A DNA stretch of 64,000 nucleotides from Camelus dromedarius (taxonomy: Eukaryota): NCBI RefSeq assembly GCF_036321535.1, contig NC_087447.1, positions 49,230,001 to 49,294,000 on the forward strand, given 5' to 3'. The translations under genes were made by a program, and so were the position numbers. Shown here piece after piece: positions 63,765 through 64,000 of the stretch. Each line of letters starts with the position of its first letter. Positions within the stretch are counted from its first letter, which is position 1. The notes under the pieces are model-generated. The model made no database searches. It was not told the DNA's origin and was given only the letters and a program-made list of their open reading frames with translations.

Positions 63765-64000
63765 ATAAGTAGAAGAAATGAAAAGAGATAGGATGGGATG
63801 AATGGAATAGAATCAAATATAATGGTATGGAATCGCATTTTGAATAGAATTGAATGGAAAGAAAAGCAATTGAATAAAATGCAATCCAACTCAATGGAAT
63901 GAAATGCAACCAAATTTCAAAAATGGAATAGAATTCAATGGAAAGGAGTCAAAAGTAATGGGATGGACCTAATGGAATGAGATGGGATGGAAGGAACGAA
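63765..64000. repeat. Degenerate pentamer repeat (GGAAT/GAATA/GGGAT)n, running off the window
   Basis: aatggaatagaatc...tgaatggaa...aatggaatgaaatg...gatgggatggaa, 5-bp periodicity. Confidence 0.8.

Overview
Mammalian genomic DNA, most likely a camelid, inferred from several tRNA-derived Vic-1-type SINEs and artiodactyl-type L1 3' ends. Gene order matches the human OR2AT-cluster/SLCO2B1 locus. The left 8.5 kb holds two minus-strand OR2AT4-like olfactory receptor copies, both disrupted; their 3' halves look homogenised by gene conversion. From 27860 onward are coding exons 1-8 of SLCO2B1 (OATP2B1) on the + strand, with an open frame and canonical splice sites; the gene continues past the window. 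The most unusual feature is a ~4.85 kb cassette at 16350-21192 that appears to split one MIR element. It is built from 66-bp tandem-repeat arrays in two opposite orientations, carries five LTR pieces, and contains a 1160-bp inverted repeat (2 mismatches by eye) around a 1874-bp spacer. The rest is ordinary interspersed repeats (MIR, L2, L1, LTRs, hAT MERs) and simple repeats. Repeat family names and human reference comparisons come from recalled consensus sequences, not database searches. Almost all ORF-track entries are incidental.
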